From contig JBBKWS010000042.1 in assembly GCA_037969075.1 (NCBI GenBank), positions 1 to 32,807 on the forward strand: a DNA stretch of 32,807 bases, written 5' to 3'. The notes under the pieces were generated by a model. That model was not told the origin of the DNA, did not search any database, and was given only the letters and a program-made list of their open reading frames with translations. The translations under genes and the position numbers were made by a program. Of the stretch, positions 8,021-18,700 are shown piece after piece. Position 1 is the stretch's first letter. Each line of letters begins with the position of its first letter. Origin of the DNA: Bdellovibrionales bacterium. Its GTDB lineage: Bacteria; Bdellovibrionota; Bdellovibrionia; Bdellovibrionales; UBA840.

Positions 8021-8177
8021 GCTAATAGCCGTAGTTTTCATTGAGCTCAATTAAGTTATAGAATCTATAAACTAAACTGCAACTCGTATAATTAATTACG
8101 GTTGTAATAATTTATAGATAAAAGGAATACAAAAATGAACCTTTTAATTAAAGATCAAAACAATAAATAATTAAATT

Positions 8178-8675
8178 TTATATTCCTTTTAATTCTTTTC
8201 GTAAAACTTCTCTCACTTCTTTATCTAAACAAGAGAAGTTTTCTTGCGACTTAGTTTGTGATTTAGAAGATGTATGACCTTTCACCCAGTGTAACTCTGG
8301 TTTCACTAAATCAAAGATCGTATAAAATTCTTTGTAAAGATCAGTATTAGTAAGTTCGGTTTGCTTAGCTTTACTAATAAATTTGCTCTCTTCTAAATCC
8401 TTTCGTCTAGATGGTAAATCAACCACTGTCTTGCAATCGGTAAAAAGCATAACTCGTTTGTGTGCTGGACAGGCTTTTAAGGCGCTAATCACCCCTCTGA
8501 GTTCAGCTCGAATATTATTAACCTCATTGATTTTTTGCGTCTTAAACAAAAGGTCTTTTGAAGACATAGCCTCATGCTCAAAGGTTCCTTGCACGATAGC
8601 ATAACCAGTAATAGCAATTTCATGACTTTTACTAAAACTTGCGTCGGTATAAATAAAAATTGTGTCAGATACCAT
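8178..8675 (-). CDS. ribonuclease H (RNase HI-like) family protein
   Basis: IYTDAS, NNIRAEL, FTDC, HWVKGH and a terminal LD give the D-E-D-D set plus His. Confidence 0.85.
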   Translation of the reverse strand: MVSDTIFIYTDASFSKSHEIAITGYAIVQGTFEHEAMSSKDLLFKTQKINEVNNIRAELRGVISALKACPAHKRVMLFTDCKTVVDLPSRRKDLEESKFISKAKQTELTNTDLYKEFYTIFDLVKPELHWVKGHTSSKSQTKSQENFSCLDKEVREVLRKELKGI

Positions 8676-8950
8676 AGGATTTCCTTTTTGGCCGTAGCCT
8701 GTGTTTATCCTATACCACTTTACATTAAATAGATTGATTAGTTTGAAGGGCTAGCTCTATTGACTGCCAGCAAGTTAATTAGGTCACAAGAGATTAAGTT
8801 TTAAACTCCTAAATTCATGCAAGACTCTCTCAGATAGATTCTATACACAGATGAGCACAGACTTACATGTTAGTATCATGACATTTATATAAAATTTCTA
8901 ATAATGCGATCAAAAACCAATTTACCCTCATGATGCTGTAGAGTGCACGG

Positions 8951-9577
8951 GTGTACAAAACATTGCTGACTCAACTCATTTTTGTGCTTTTTAGCCCTAG
9001 CCTACATGCCTCTGTATGCCACGATTTATTTGCTACTACAAAGATTCAGAATTCATCACTCTACCAAGTGAAATTATCAAAATTAACTGGAAAAAGTATT
9101 TACCACAACGGCGAATATAGTAATTATTTTAACTTTAATACCATCGCTGTGCTACTTCAAAAACTAGAGAGCGTTTATGGAAAACGTGTTTTGTCCATTG
9201 AGCAGATGAGCCCGCAAGAAGTAAAATCATGGGCGAAAGAAATGACTTTTATATTAAACAAAACAGGATATCTTTTAGATACTTCAAAACCATATCTTGA
9301 ACTGATCTTGGGTCGAATAAATTTGAATCCAGATAAAGTTATTTTTTCAAAAAAAAATGATCTTGTAAGTGCTATTTTAGCTATTAAAAACCCGATGGGT
9401 GGACAGATACGTGTTGAAATCTCAGGTTTTAATGGCGATATCGCCAGTTCACACCTGCAACTACTACGGCAACTAAGAGTACATCTCAAAAAATCAATAA
9501 CTCACTTTGAACACTTAGATGCCAACTACTATATGTGGCTGAACAAAATGAACTATATTTTAGATTACAGTAACTGA
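8951..9577 (+). CDS. secreted hypothetical protein (208 aa)
   Basis: GTG start and a signal peptide ending SLHA followed by CxxLF. No recognisable domain. Confidence 0.7.
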   Translation: MYKTLLTQLIFVLFSPSLHASVCHDLFATTKIQNSSLYQVKLSKLTGKSIYHNGEYSNYFNFNTIAVLLQKLESVYGKRVLSIEQMSPQEVKSWAKEMTFILNKTGYLLDTSKPYLELILGRINLNPDKVIFSKKNDLVSAILAIKNPMGGQIRVEISGFNGDIASSHLQLLRQLRVHLKKSITHFEHLDANYYMWLNKMNYILDYSN

Positions 9578-9709
9578 CTTGTAAAATATGTAAATAGTAT
9601 CCACACACTCTCAATATTCTTAGGTTTTGCGCTATTTCTATGAATTTTATACCACTTATCCAGTAAGTGATTTAATGTGCCTAAAACTAGCACCTTTAAG
9701 GATATTCTA

Positions 9710-10837
9710 ATGAGCTCTTTTACAAAACTGCCACTTCTACCGACCCTACTTTCTACTTTAGCAGAGAAAGAGTTTGTTACGCCCACTGAGATCCAAAGAC
9801 GTGCTATTCCTGCTCTTCTAGAGGGTAAGACCATTGTTGGTCTCTCACAAACTGGTAGCGGCAAAACCCTGGCTTATGCGCTTCCATTACTGCATATGAT
9901 GAAGACCTTAGAAATTGAGGGTAATGCTATCACAGAAGCCAGCCAACCCAGAGCTGCTGTCTTAGTACCGACTAGAGAGCTGGGTGAGCAGATATCAAAG
10001 GTTTTAAAACCATTCACTCACTCCACTAGAGTACGTGTCCGCACGGTTCTAGGTGGAACTGCAATGGATGTAGCCAAACGCAATGTAAACGGTGCATTTG
10101 AAATTTTAGTAGCAACCCCCGGAAGACTGGTTCAGTTAATGGATCAAAATCTTGTCAAAATGAATGATGTTAGAGTCTTAGTATTTGATGAAGCTGATCA
10201 AATGTTAGATCAAGGCTTCTTAAATGACGCTAAAAAAATCAGTGATGCTTGTGCCCCTAAGCACCAGCTGGCTTTGTTTTCAGCGACCGTTTCTGCAACC
10301 ATAGAAGGTTTAATCACACAACTCTTTGCAAATGCTGAAATGATTGAAGCGGAAGGTAGTCACAAAGTTGTACCAACCCTCACTACCATCAATCAAACTG
10401 TTCTTGAGGGAAAGCGTTATCCTGTTTTAGAAAAAATATTAGCAAAACCTAGTCAGGGTGGAACTCTGATCTTTACTAACACCAGAGAACAATGCGATAC
10501 ACTAGCTGCTCTTATGGATAAAAAAGGATTTGAGTGCCTTATCTACCGTGGAGAGATGGACAAGGTAGAGAGAAAAAATAATTTAAAAGCCTTCCGCGAA
10601 GGTAAAATAAAGTATTTAATTTCTACTGACTTAGCCGCCAGAGGTCTCGATGTCGAGCATGTTGAGCGGGTAATTAATTATCATCTACCCAAAGAATTAG
10701 ATAACTACATTCACAGAGTCGGAAGAACAGCAAGAGCTGGCCGCAAAGGTGAAGTAATAAATTTAATCACTGAAAGAGATGCACCGTTAATTAAAAAATT
10801 GGAAAAAATTCAATCTAGTGCACCTAAAAGAAAGTAA
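9710..10837 (+). CDS. DEAD-box ATP-dependent RNA helicase (minimal core)
   Basis: Q motif PTEIQ, SQTGSGKT, PTREL, TPGR, DEAD, SAT, ARGLD, HRVGRTARAG. AAGGA RBS favours ATG 9710. Confidence 0.96.
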   Translation: MSSFTKLPLLPTLLSTLAEKEFVTPTEIQRRAIPALLEGKTIVGLSQTGSGKTLAYALPLLHMMKTLEIEGNAITEASQPRAAVLVPTRELGEQISKVLKPFTHSTRVRVRTVLGGTAMDVAKRNVNGAFEILVATPGRLVQLMDQNLVKMNDVRVLVFDEADQMLDQGFLNDAKKISDACAPKHQLALFSATVSATIEGLITQLFANAEMIEAEGSHKVVPTLTTINQTVLEGKRYPVLEKILAKPSQGGTLIFTNTREQCDTLAALMDKKGFECLIYRGEMDKVERKNNLKAFREGKIKYLISTDLAARGLDVEHVERVINYHLPKELDNYIHRVGRTARAGRKGEVINLITERDAPLIKKLEKIQSSAPKRK

Positions 10838-10841
10838 AAAG

Positions 10842-11558
10842 TTATTTACTACAAGATTCGTAGTCCCTATATCTGATGATATAACTCATATTAGTAGTTT
10901 GGCCTAAATTAAAGCTGGTACTATTTGCAGAATAGAATCTAGCCCCTTGCAGATCGCCTGCTGATGTAATTTGAACCCTAATCTCAAAATTTTCCCCATT
11001 AAATGGTCCTATAACAGCTCCATCAGTATTGTACCAATAATGAAAATTACCAATGTATCTATTTATATCTGCATCAACTTGCCTATCAAGCTGATCACTA
11101 CGATCATCGACTAATACAATGTCATCTATACCGTTGTTTCCAGCTGTCGTAATTTTTATAGAGAACTCATTGTCAGCAGAACCCGTGCTGTTATCATTAG
11201 AATCTATATTAGCATAAAAGTTTAACATCAAGCCATCTGGCCCTTCATAGAAAAAATTATGAAGTTCATACCCAACTGGCGTCGGACCATTGATGGGATG
11301 TGCAGAAGCTGAATAATAATTATAGTTAGCAATAGCTGATACAGTTCCACCGTAAGTAACAATATTGCCTAAGTATGTTTGATTGCTATCATCTAGCCAT
11401 ATTCCTAGGTTTTTACCTGGCACACAGATGCTGAGGAAATCATTAGATTCGTTCGTTGGGCTAAAATGAACCTCACTACAATTTTGAAATAGTAGTGCAA
11501 TTACAGCGCTCATTAAGACTATGCCAAACATTACGAATGCATTAGATGTCTTGCTCAT
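10842..11558 (-). CDS. putative lipoprotein with Bdellovibrio-type FQNC lipobox; beta-rich, Asn/Asp-rich
   Basis: Hydrophobic stretch ending LLFQNCS. GAGAGGA RBS favours ATG 11558 (the ORF track starts at 11624). Confidence 0.78.
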   Translation of the reverse strand: MSKTSNAFVMFGIVLMSAVIALLFQNCSEVHFSPTNESNDFLSICVPGKNLGIWLDDSNQTYLGNIVTYGGTVSAIANYNYYSASAHPINGPTPVGYELHNFFYEGPDGLMLNFYANIDSNDNSTGSADNEFSIKITTAGNNGIDDIVLVDDRSDQLDRQVDADINRYIGNFHYWYNTDGAVIGPFNGENFEIRVQITSAGDLQGARFYSANSTSFNLGQTTNMSYIIRYRDYESCSK

Positions 11559-11693
11559 TTCAATCCTCTCCCACTGTCTCTTTTTCGGACGTTTGAACAG
11601 GAAACTTAACAGGCCTGACCCCATATCTTCTATAGAGAATATAAGGCCTAGAAACCTTAGAAATGGCCTGAAATAAGTTTTAAGGCAGCTAAG

Positions 11694-13943
11694 CTATAAA
11701 GACGGCTTTTCTCTGGCAGAGATAAACAACATTGGTATATCGCTTTCTACTAATACACTATCCGTAACACTTCCTAACTTTACAAAACCCTGTCTTTCAA
11801 TCCCACCACGACCGTGAGAAACCATAGCAATTAGGTCACAGTCTAAATCATTTGCGTAATGTAATATAGTTCTGGCCGCTCCAGATCCATCCACAATACA
11901 TTCTATGGCAGTGTTATTATCAAAGTACTTAGCCCTCAACTCATCCAAATACTGTTTTAATGTACTAGCAATATCTGGTCCACCATCAGCCTCTGGAATA
12001 CTTAGTAACGTAACCTTAGATTGGTACACATTGGCCCAAGCCTTCGCGTACGGAAGTACTTGCTCTGCAATCTCTGAACCATCAAGTGGAATCAAAATAT
12101 GATTAAAGCTTGTTGATCTTGATTTCCAATTGTCAGTAGGTCTAAAGATTAGCACTGGAGGCGTAGTCGCATAAATAACTTTATATGCTGTAGATTCAGA
12201 GATAAGTTTGTTTACAGATTTTAAATTACTAGAGGTAAGACAAATCAAATCAAACTTTTGTGTTTCACAAAATGTTGGCAAATCTTTTCTAGCATTCCCA
12301 TCTATAATACGAGGTTCTATTTGCAGATCTTCGCTAGACCAATTTTTAACTAAGTCAGAAACCAATTGTGAAGCTACGTCTTTTTTACCTTTTTCTAAAA
12401 AATGTACTGGCGTGATTTTTGATCCAAACTGCGAAGAAATTTTTATGGCAGAATAAAATGATATATCCGAATTTAAGTTCCCACTAACAGGTACCAATAT
12501 ATTTTTAATTTTATAATTAACATTAAGTTGGTTAGCATTAACATCTAACTGACGAGCATTAATAACGGAGGACAACCTAGAGTCTATAGATTCTGGAGGT
12601 GCCCCTAAACGCTTTTTATAGTAATCAAATACCACATACAAAAGAGGAACCAATATTAAATAACTCCATGCTCCCTCAAAAAATCGTTCTTCAAAAATAA
12701 TGAATGTCGCAAATGTAGCACAAATTGAAGAAAACAAGGTGATTAAAATTCCTATTGTAGACTCAACTGTTTTCTTCTGTCTGTAATATCGTACAAACCT
12801 CTTACAGGCAGACCAACCGGTCATTGATAATAATATAAATACACCCGCCGCATACAGAGCTAAATATGTTTCTTCGTGGGTACCAAAAAATAAAAAGCAC
12901 GCTATAACAACTAATGCCTGAGCCCATGCAGGAAAGGATGGCACATCAAATGTATTTCTCTTACCCCAACGAGCAGGAATATAATGTCTGGCTCTTAAGC
13001 CCAGAGCTAAATTTTGCATACCTTGTGCACTAGCGGCAGCGGCTGACAATAATACAGCTATCCCTATAAGGGTACCTGTATAGGATAACCACGCGGGCAA
13101 AAGAACATCCATAGTTTGTGTAAAGACCGATTTCGTAATATCTGCTGGATTAGACATTTTTAAAATAGCTGGACCAACAATCAGCATAGTAATCACAGTA
13201 GTACCCATAACAATTAGTAAACTGCCATAAGCCTTACGGCTACGTTGTGCCGCGTTTCCTTCATAAGATGCCACAAGATTTGCAAAGATCTCAATCCCCG
13301 TCATCAAAGCAAGAATTCTGGCAAACCCACCCAAGGTAAAATGTAAATGCTCAGAATCAAATGCTGCCATATTAAAATCAGGAAAGTGAAGTCCCTCTTG
13401 CCATATAACTGAGCCAACCATTACCCATAAAAAAAGTAGTATTAATGCAGTTGCTGGGCCAAAAAATTTAGCTGAAATTTTTGGCCCTCGATTTACAGCC
13501 ATAGCGATAAATATGGTAAACCCAACTGCAATTAAACTTCTAGTACTTAGTCCAAACAGCGTTGTATTTAGCATTGGAAGACGATCCACTAAAAAAGTAA
13601 CAAGAGCTGCAATACTAACTAAAAATGTTAACGTATACTCAATAACAGTAATGGCCGCATTTACCTTTACAGCCCAGCCGCCAAACTCCTCTTCACTAAG
13701 CCCACTACCACCACTACCATCCGTGATCCATTTCATTACGTAGCGATACATGGCAGCGACAGTAACCACTGTGAAAACAGCTAGCCAGATAGACACGCCA
13801 AATGTAACCTGGGCAACTCCTGCCCCTACAATTAGTGTTAAAAAAGGACCAAATACATATAGTGGGGAAGTGGCTGGATCACCACCACCTGCAAGCGCAC
13901 CTTGTAATGAGTTTTTTAGTTTATATGATATTGATGCACCCAC
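11694..13943 (-). CDS. APC-superfamily transporter (KUP/KimA-like signature) fused to two universal stress protein domains
   Basis: About 12 TM segments. TM1 GGDPATSPLY, TM6 ALMTGIEIFAN. C-terminal ILVPVSG... and ILIPLDGSEIAEQVLPYA...DLIAMVSHGRGG...LGSVTDSVL. Confidence 0.85.
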   Translation of the reverse strand: MGASISYKLKNSLQGALAGGGDPATSPLYVFGPFLTLIVGAGVAQVTFGVSIWLAVFTVVTVAAMYRYVMKWITDGSGGSGLSEEEFGGWAVKVNAAITVIEYTLTFLVSIAALVTFLVDRLPMLNTTLFGLSTRSLIAVGFTIFIAMAVNRGPKISAKFFGPATALILLFLWVMVGSVIWQEGLHFPDFNMAAFDSEHLHFTLGGFARILALMTGIEIFANLVASYEGNAAQRSRKAYGSLLIVMGTTVITMLIVGPAILKMSNPADITKSVFTQTMDVLLPAWLSYTGTLIGIAVLLSAAAASAQGMQNLALGLRARHYIPARWGKRNTFDVPSFPAWAQALVVIACFLFFGTHEETYLALYAAGVFILLSMTGWSACKRFVRYYRQKKTVESTIGILITLFSSICATFATFIIFEERFFEGAWSYLILVPLLYVVFDYYKKRLGAPPESIDSRLSSVINARQLDVNANQLNVNYKIKNILVPVSGNLNSDISFYSAIKISSQFGSKITPVHFLEKGKKDVASQLVSDLVKNWSSEDLQIEPRIIDGNARKDLPTFCETQKFDLICLTSSNLKSVNKLISESTAYKVIYATTPPVLIFRPTDNWKSRSTSFNHILIPLDGSEIAEQVLPYAKAWANVYQSKVTLLSIPEADGGPDIASTLKQYLDELRAKYFDNNTAIECIVDGSGAARTILHYANDLDCDLIAMVSHGRGGIERQGFVKLGSVTDSVLVESDIPMLFISAREKPSL

Positions 13944-13964
13944 TATGACTCCTCGTGAAATTGC

Positions 13965-14846
13965 TTACTTATTTTGTGTGAAACTGCCACTCTTAATGTG
14001 CAAATCTCTCTGTGGAAATGGAATTTCGACTTTTTCTTCTCTAAAAAGACGGTCTATCTCAAAACGAATATCACTACTAATTTTTTCAATACTCCAAATA
14101 TTAGCGCACCAAAACCTTAAATCAAAATTAAGAGACGAGTCCCCAAAATCCTCAAAGATAGCTTCAGGTGCAGGCTCTGTCATAACCTCTTCTTGGCTTA
14201 ACGCTGCTTTGGCCAACAAATCCCTGACCTTATTAACATCCGAACCGTAAGCTACACCTACGTGGATATGCTGTCTTATCCTTTGTCCCGAAAAACTATC
14301 GCTAACTACTTCTTCAGATATTAACTTTGAATTTGGAATGATGATGGTCACCTCATCACGTGTTTGTATGATCGATGATCTAACGCGTATATCAATAACT
14401 CGCCCGGTGGATGATCCAACTTTAATGATGTCACCTACTTTTACTGGTCTCTCGATAAGGATGATAATGCCAGAAATAAAGTTCTGTGCAATATTTTGCA
14501 AACCAAAACCAATCCCCACCATTAAAACTGCACCAACTGCAGCAAGGGAGTTAATCGAAATGCCCAAATTATCTAGAGCAAACAAAATTCCTATAGCGAT
14601 AATTAAATAACGTGAAAATTTCTCGATCGAGTCTCGAACACCCGAGTCAACACCACGAGCACCCAGCGCCTTGTTAATTGCCTTACCTAAATACTTAGCA
14701 AGATAAATCGTTAAGACAATAACAAGCATGGACATAAAAATACTTGTAACGGAAATCTTCGAACCATTTAGCTGCAACAAAGGTTCGCGTAAAAGGTTCC
14801 AAACTTCTTTTAATTGTTCAGTAATTGTTTTGAATTGATCATTCAT
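13965..14846 (-). CDS. small-conductance mechanosensitive channel, MscS family (MscK C-terminus-like)
   Basis: GIGFGLQNIAQNFISGIIILIERPVKVGD, IPNSKL, VGVAYGSD, FGDSSLNF, IPFPQRDLH. Confidence 0.95.
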   Translation of the reverse strand: MNDQFKTITEQLKEVWNLLREPLLQLNGSKISVTSIFMSMLVIVLTIYLAKYLGKAINKALGARGVDSGVRDSIEKFSRYLIIAIGILFALDNLGISINSLAAVGAVLMVGIGFGLQNIAQNFISGIIILIERPVKVGDIIKVGSSTGRVIDIRVRSSIIQTRDEVTIIIPNSKLISEEVVSDSFSGQRIRQHIHVGVAYGSDVNKVRDLLAKAALSQEEVMTEPAPEAIFEDFGDSSLNFDLRFWCANIWSIEKISSDIRFEIDRLFREEKVEIPFPQRDLHIKSGSFTQNK

Positions 14847-15701
14847 TTACATAACCTCATTTGACGCAGTTGAGTTATTAACTTGAACTGTAGGTTCAAA
14901 AAATGTAGGACGAGTAATTTTATATTGTTTTAAAGCCTCATTTCCGCGAAGCAGAATATCTGTTTGCAAGGCTTTTTCAAATCTGACGTCCATGACATAG
15001 CACTTTACTTTTATTTGCATCGCGGGACGATTGGCAAAATTTAACTCGGTGAGTACAATTGCAACTGGTTTCTTTAAAAAGGCAAATCGGCTCGTAACAG
15101 CAGTTTCGTAGAGTAATTTTTCAGCTTTTGTAATATCAGAATCTAACGACACATGAAAATCAATTTCAATCATCATATCTAAGGCACCAAAGTTTCCTGA
15201 TGATACATATTCAGTGATAAATTTACTATTAGGAATAGTCACTATAGAGTCATCCAAAGTTACTAACTGAACGGCTCTAAGGCCGATAGCTCTAATCTCG
15301 CCATACGTACCCTGAAAAGCAATTCTATCCCCTACTTGAAACGGTCTATCAAATAACAAAATAACTCCAGCAACAACCGAAGCCACCAAATCCTTTAGCG
15401 ATAAACCCAATGCAACGGCTAATGTACCACTTACTGCTAATATAAGAGCCTTGGGAGGGTTAACAATGCCATAAAAAATATATCCCCCGCCCAAGATATA
15501 AATTGCAAAAGATATCGTGGTTATGATCTGTGCGATCAACAACCGACGAGAAGGAATCCGTCTGTTTAGCGCATTACCTATGGAAGATACAAACTTAACA
15601 GCCATACCTAGGCAAACTATACCAAAAATCAGCAGAGCTATCTTTGTAAAGCTAAGTACATCCAATATTCCAGCGGCATTGCTTAAGTCATTTTCATTCA
15701 T
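14847..15701 (-). CDS. second, divergent MscS-family mechanosensitive channel
   Basis: 3 TM. LGLSLKDLVASVVAGVILLFDRPFQVGDRI, GEIRAIGLR, VTIPNSKF. Confidence 0.92.
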   Translation of the reverse strand: MNENDLSNAAGILDVLSFTKIALLIFGIVCLGMAVKFVSSIGNALNRRIPSRRLLIAQIITTISFAIYILGGGYIFYGIVNPPKALILAVSGTLAVALGLSLKDLVASVVAGVILLFDRPFQVGDRIAFQGTYGEIRAIGLRAVQLVTLDDSIVTIPNSKFITEYVSSGNFGALDMMIEIDFHVSLDSDITKAEKLLYETAVTSRFAFLKKPVAIVLTELNFANRPAMQIKVKCYVMDVRFEKALQTDILLRGNEALKQYKITRPTFFEPTVQVNNSTASNEVM

Positions 15702-18700
15702 ATAAAAAATTCTTTCCTATTAAGAAATAGTCTATTACGTATTGAGCTCGTGAGGATATACGAACCCTGTCATTCTCATCTAGCCATACTAAGTTTTTAT
15801 CTTGCGCTTCTTTTAAACACTTTCTTATGGTTGTATCCCCTACATTCGTTATCTGTTTTAATTCTTGCTGTGTTAAGCTGTCGTGCCTTGCAATGGCAGA
15901 AAGTAAAAACAGGGCATCATCACTCATCGAAGCCACTAAGCTAGATCCTATAAATAATGGAACACCAACATGAACCTGCCCATCTGCAGGTGAAGATATT
16001 GCAGAAATCCAATACATTAAAGCTGACCTTGGGTTACCTCTGGACTGTCCCCAAAGTAGTCTAAAAAACTGCCCTTCCGCCTGCTGACCAAAACTGTCAC
16101 CCGCACCATAAGCTTTTATAGAGTCATCAAAAGTACGGCTAAATTTTGTTTGTTGGTGTCTTGCCAAAATCATTTTTTGAATTTCAAAATCTTTCCATTG
16201 TGCTAAGTACATCACTTTTCCATAAAAATGCTCAGCTCCCAAAACTCCTTTTAGATAAGCCCATGAGCGCGAATTGACGCTAAGACACCAATATACATTG
16301 GCTGTTTTTAGAGTAATTACTTCTAAAAATAATTTATACGCCTCAAATCCGCCAATCATGCCTAAGAATAGATTTTGTATATCATCGACAAAAAACACTA
16401 CTGGCTTACCTAAATTACGATCAAACTGTTTAAACTCATCTATTGACGAAATCTTTTCTTCTAGAAGTTCTGACAACCAAGCAAAAAGGGCGTCTGCTGT
16501 AACTACCTTTGATGGTACTCTTTTACTTTTTGTAACACAGTCTTTAGAAACACTAACGCTGATGTGATCAAGAGCTGTTGTTTTGCCCATTCCTCGGTTA
16601 CCTACGATAATCAAAAGATCATCAGTAGATTTTTTATTAACCCAATCAGAGATCGCGTTTATCGCTCGCTCTTCTGTCGAGTTATCTCGGTGAATGTATA
16701 TATCTTTATTGGCAGACAAGTAATAATCAAATGAAGACAAATAATCTTGTGGAGGCGGGCCATAGGTAATCGATTCTTTTTCTGCGCGCTCTAAGCGCTT
16801 CCTTAATACTTCTGATAATAGCCTTTTTACTAAATCAATTCTTACTAAATGAGAAGAGATAAATTTCAATACATCCGAGCTAACCGTGAGCAAAAATAAA
16901 ATTGGCAGTATGAAATTGCTGATCTTTGATTTAAATGCTGGCTGCAACCTATTCCATAAATTAGGAAATCGATATGAAAAAGAAGAACTGATTTCATCCT
17001 TCCATTTCGCCGTCTCAATAAATGTAAAAGCAACATTTACCCAAAAAATTAAATTGGAGAACATCTGGTAAGCTAACGCCCTGCGGACCGTGTCTTCCGT
17101 AATATGCAACAAGATAAATTCAATAAATACCAGTCTTGATATTCTAGTTGCTGATTTTTTTATTCTTACTTTCTGCTGCTTTAAAGTATCTACAGAGTCT
17201 GTAGAAAAAGCTACCTCTAGACATATAGTCAGTAGTAACTTCACCGTGCGATAAATATAGTAGACTTGAAAGTAATACAAGAACATCGCTAATTCTTTTA
17301 GATCAGTATCTTGTATTAAAGATCTAGCAAAGCCAATGCTAATAATCATACCTACAGACGGTACAAATGGATTTAATCTAGCGATCCAAACAGCGAATGT
17401 AGTTCTACGCCTATAATCTAGCATTGATTTTGAGATTAAATCTTTTTTTATTTTATCTAATTTATCTGATGTCCAGCGAAGTATCTTTGTTAAGAAAAAT
17501 GGAATCATTATAAGAATGAATAAAATAAATATTTGCCTAACTAAATCGAGCCAACCATCTAGACCTGAAACAAATTTTGATTTAATTTCTATCCACTTAC
17601 TTAATCCGCCTGCCACAAATCGTAGGGGTACTACGCGAATTTCTCTTAATAAAATTCCTACATTCTTCTCATTAAGACCCCGTGGTCGATCACAGTGAAC
17701 CGCATCACACTTACTTAATAATTGAGCTCGTAATGTTCCAGCATCCTGCAAAAGTTTAAAGTTAGTGACCTTCATATCATCTAGCAGTTTAGTTCTAGCT
17801 TCTATCAATGCCATCTTGCGATTTTCGGCTTTTTTATATTTAACCAAATACTCTTCGTAATTATCTTTATATTTCTCTGATTCTATCTCTAAAATTAAAA
17901 CGCTCGGAAGCTCAACATCAGACTGTAATTCAATATCAGAAAACACTTCTAATAAGTAATCTACTGTCTGCTCCCAAATACCACTCACTTCAGAATAATT
18001 ATAACTGATTTTATTGGCCGATAAATTTACATTATTCTCATACACTGCAGATAATTTAGCCCGCAGCAGCTCTAAGCTATCATCCTTATCTTTTAATTTT
18101 TTTATAAAAGCCAAATGCTCTGTTTCTAAATCAATCATGGTTTTATCTACAGCCGATTTCGCTGTTAAAATTGATTCTTCAACACTGTTGTTTAACTCTG
18201 CTGATTGTTTTTCGGCATCTTGTAACCCTGCCTGCGCCTCTTCTAAAGCTTGCTGGCTGTTTGATAATTGATTTTTTAAGCCGTACTTATCATCTATCTT
18301 ATTTCTTGTTGTTTGATAGTTTGATATAAGATTGTCTCTTTTATCATTTTCTATTTTTAAAAAATCAACCTTCTTAAGGTTAATATTAGCTTGCATGGAT
18401 TTTACTGATTCAATTACGGCAATCACTTCTTTATCATTACAGTTGTCGTAACTTTTAAATTCAGCACTTAGCTCTTCTGCATCAGCAAAAATTCTAAGAC
18501 TAAGTTCTTTAATACGTTTTTTGATTTCATCAGGCTTAGACAGATCAACCTGAAACAAAACTTGCGTTGGTACACGGTAATCACTTCCCTTGCCCATTAG
18601 GGTATCAAGACTTAGCCCCATCTTCTCAAGCGTGCCTTTTCTCTCAGTTAGCTCACTTAATGCATTCTCACAAACAATAGCTTCAATGACCTTGGTTTTT

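Noticed and set aside
8121..8170. AAGGA followed by an 11-codon ORF (MNLLIKDQNNK) at 8135-8170
   Set aside because: Too short and AT-rich to distinguish from chance.
8178..8675. RNase H as part of a retron, retroelement or transposase
   Set aside because: No reverse transcriptase, msr/msd-like structure or terminal inverted repeats nearby. The motifs fit RNase HI rather than a DDE transposase.
9565..9864. 99-aa minus-strand ORF
   Set aside because: Antisense shadow of the DEAD-box helicase 5' region.
13513..14610. plus-strand ORFs 13513..13743, 13750..14250 and 14338..14610
   Set aside because: They lie antisense to well-supported transporter and MscS genes and show no motifs. The same applies to the other short antisense ORFs in the track.
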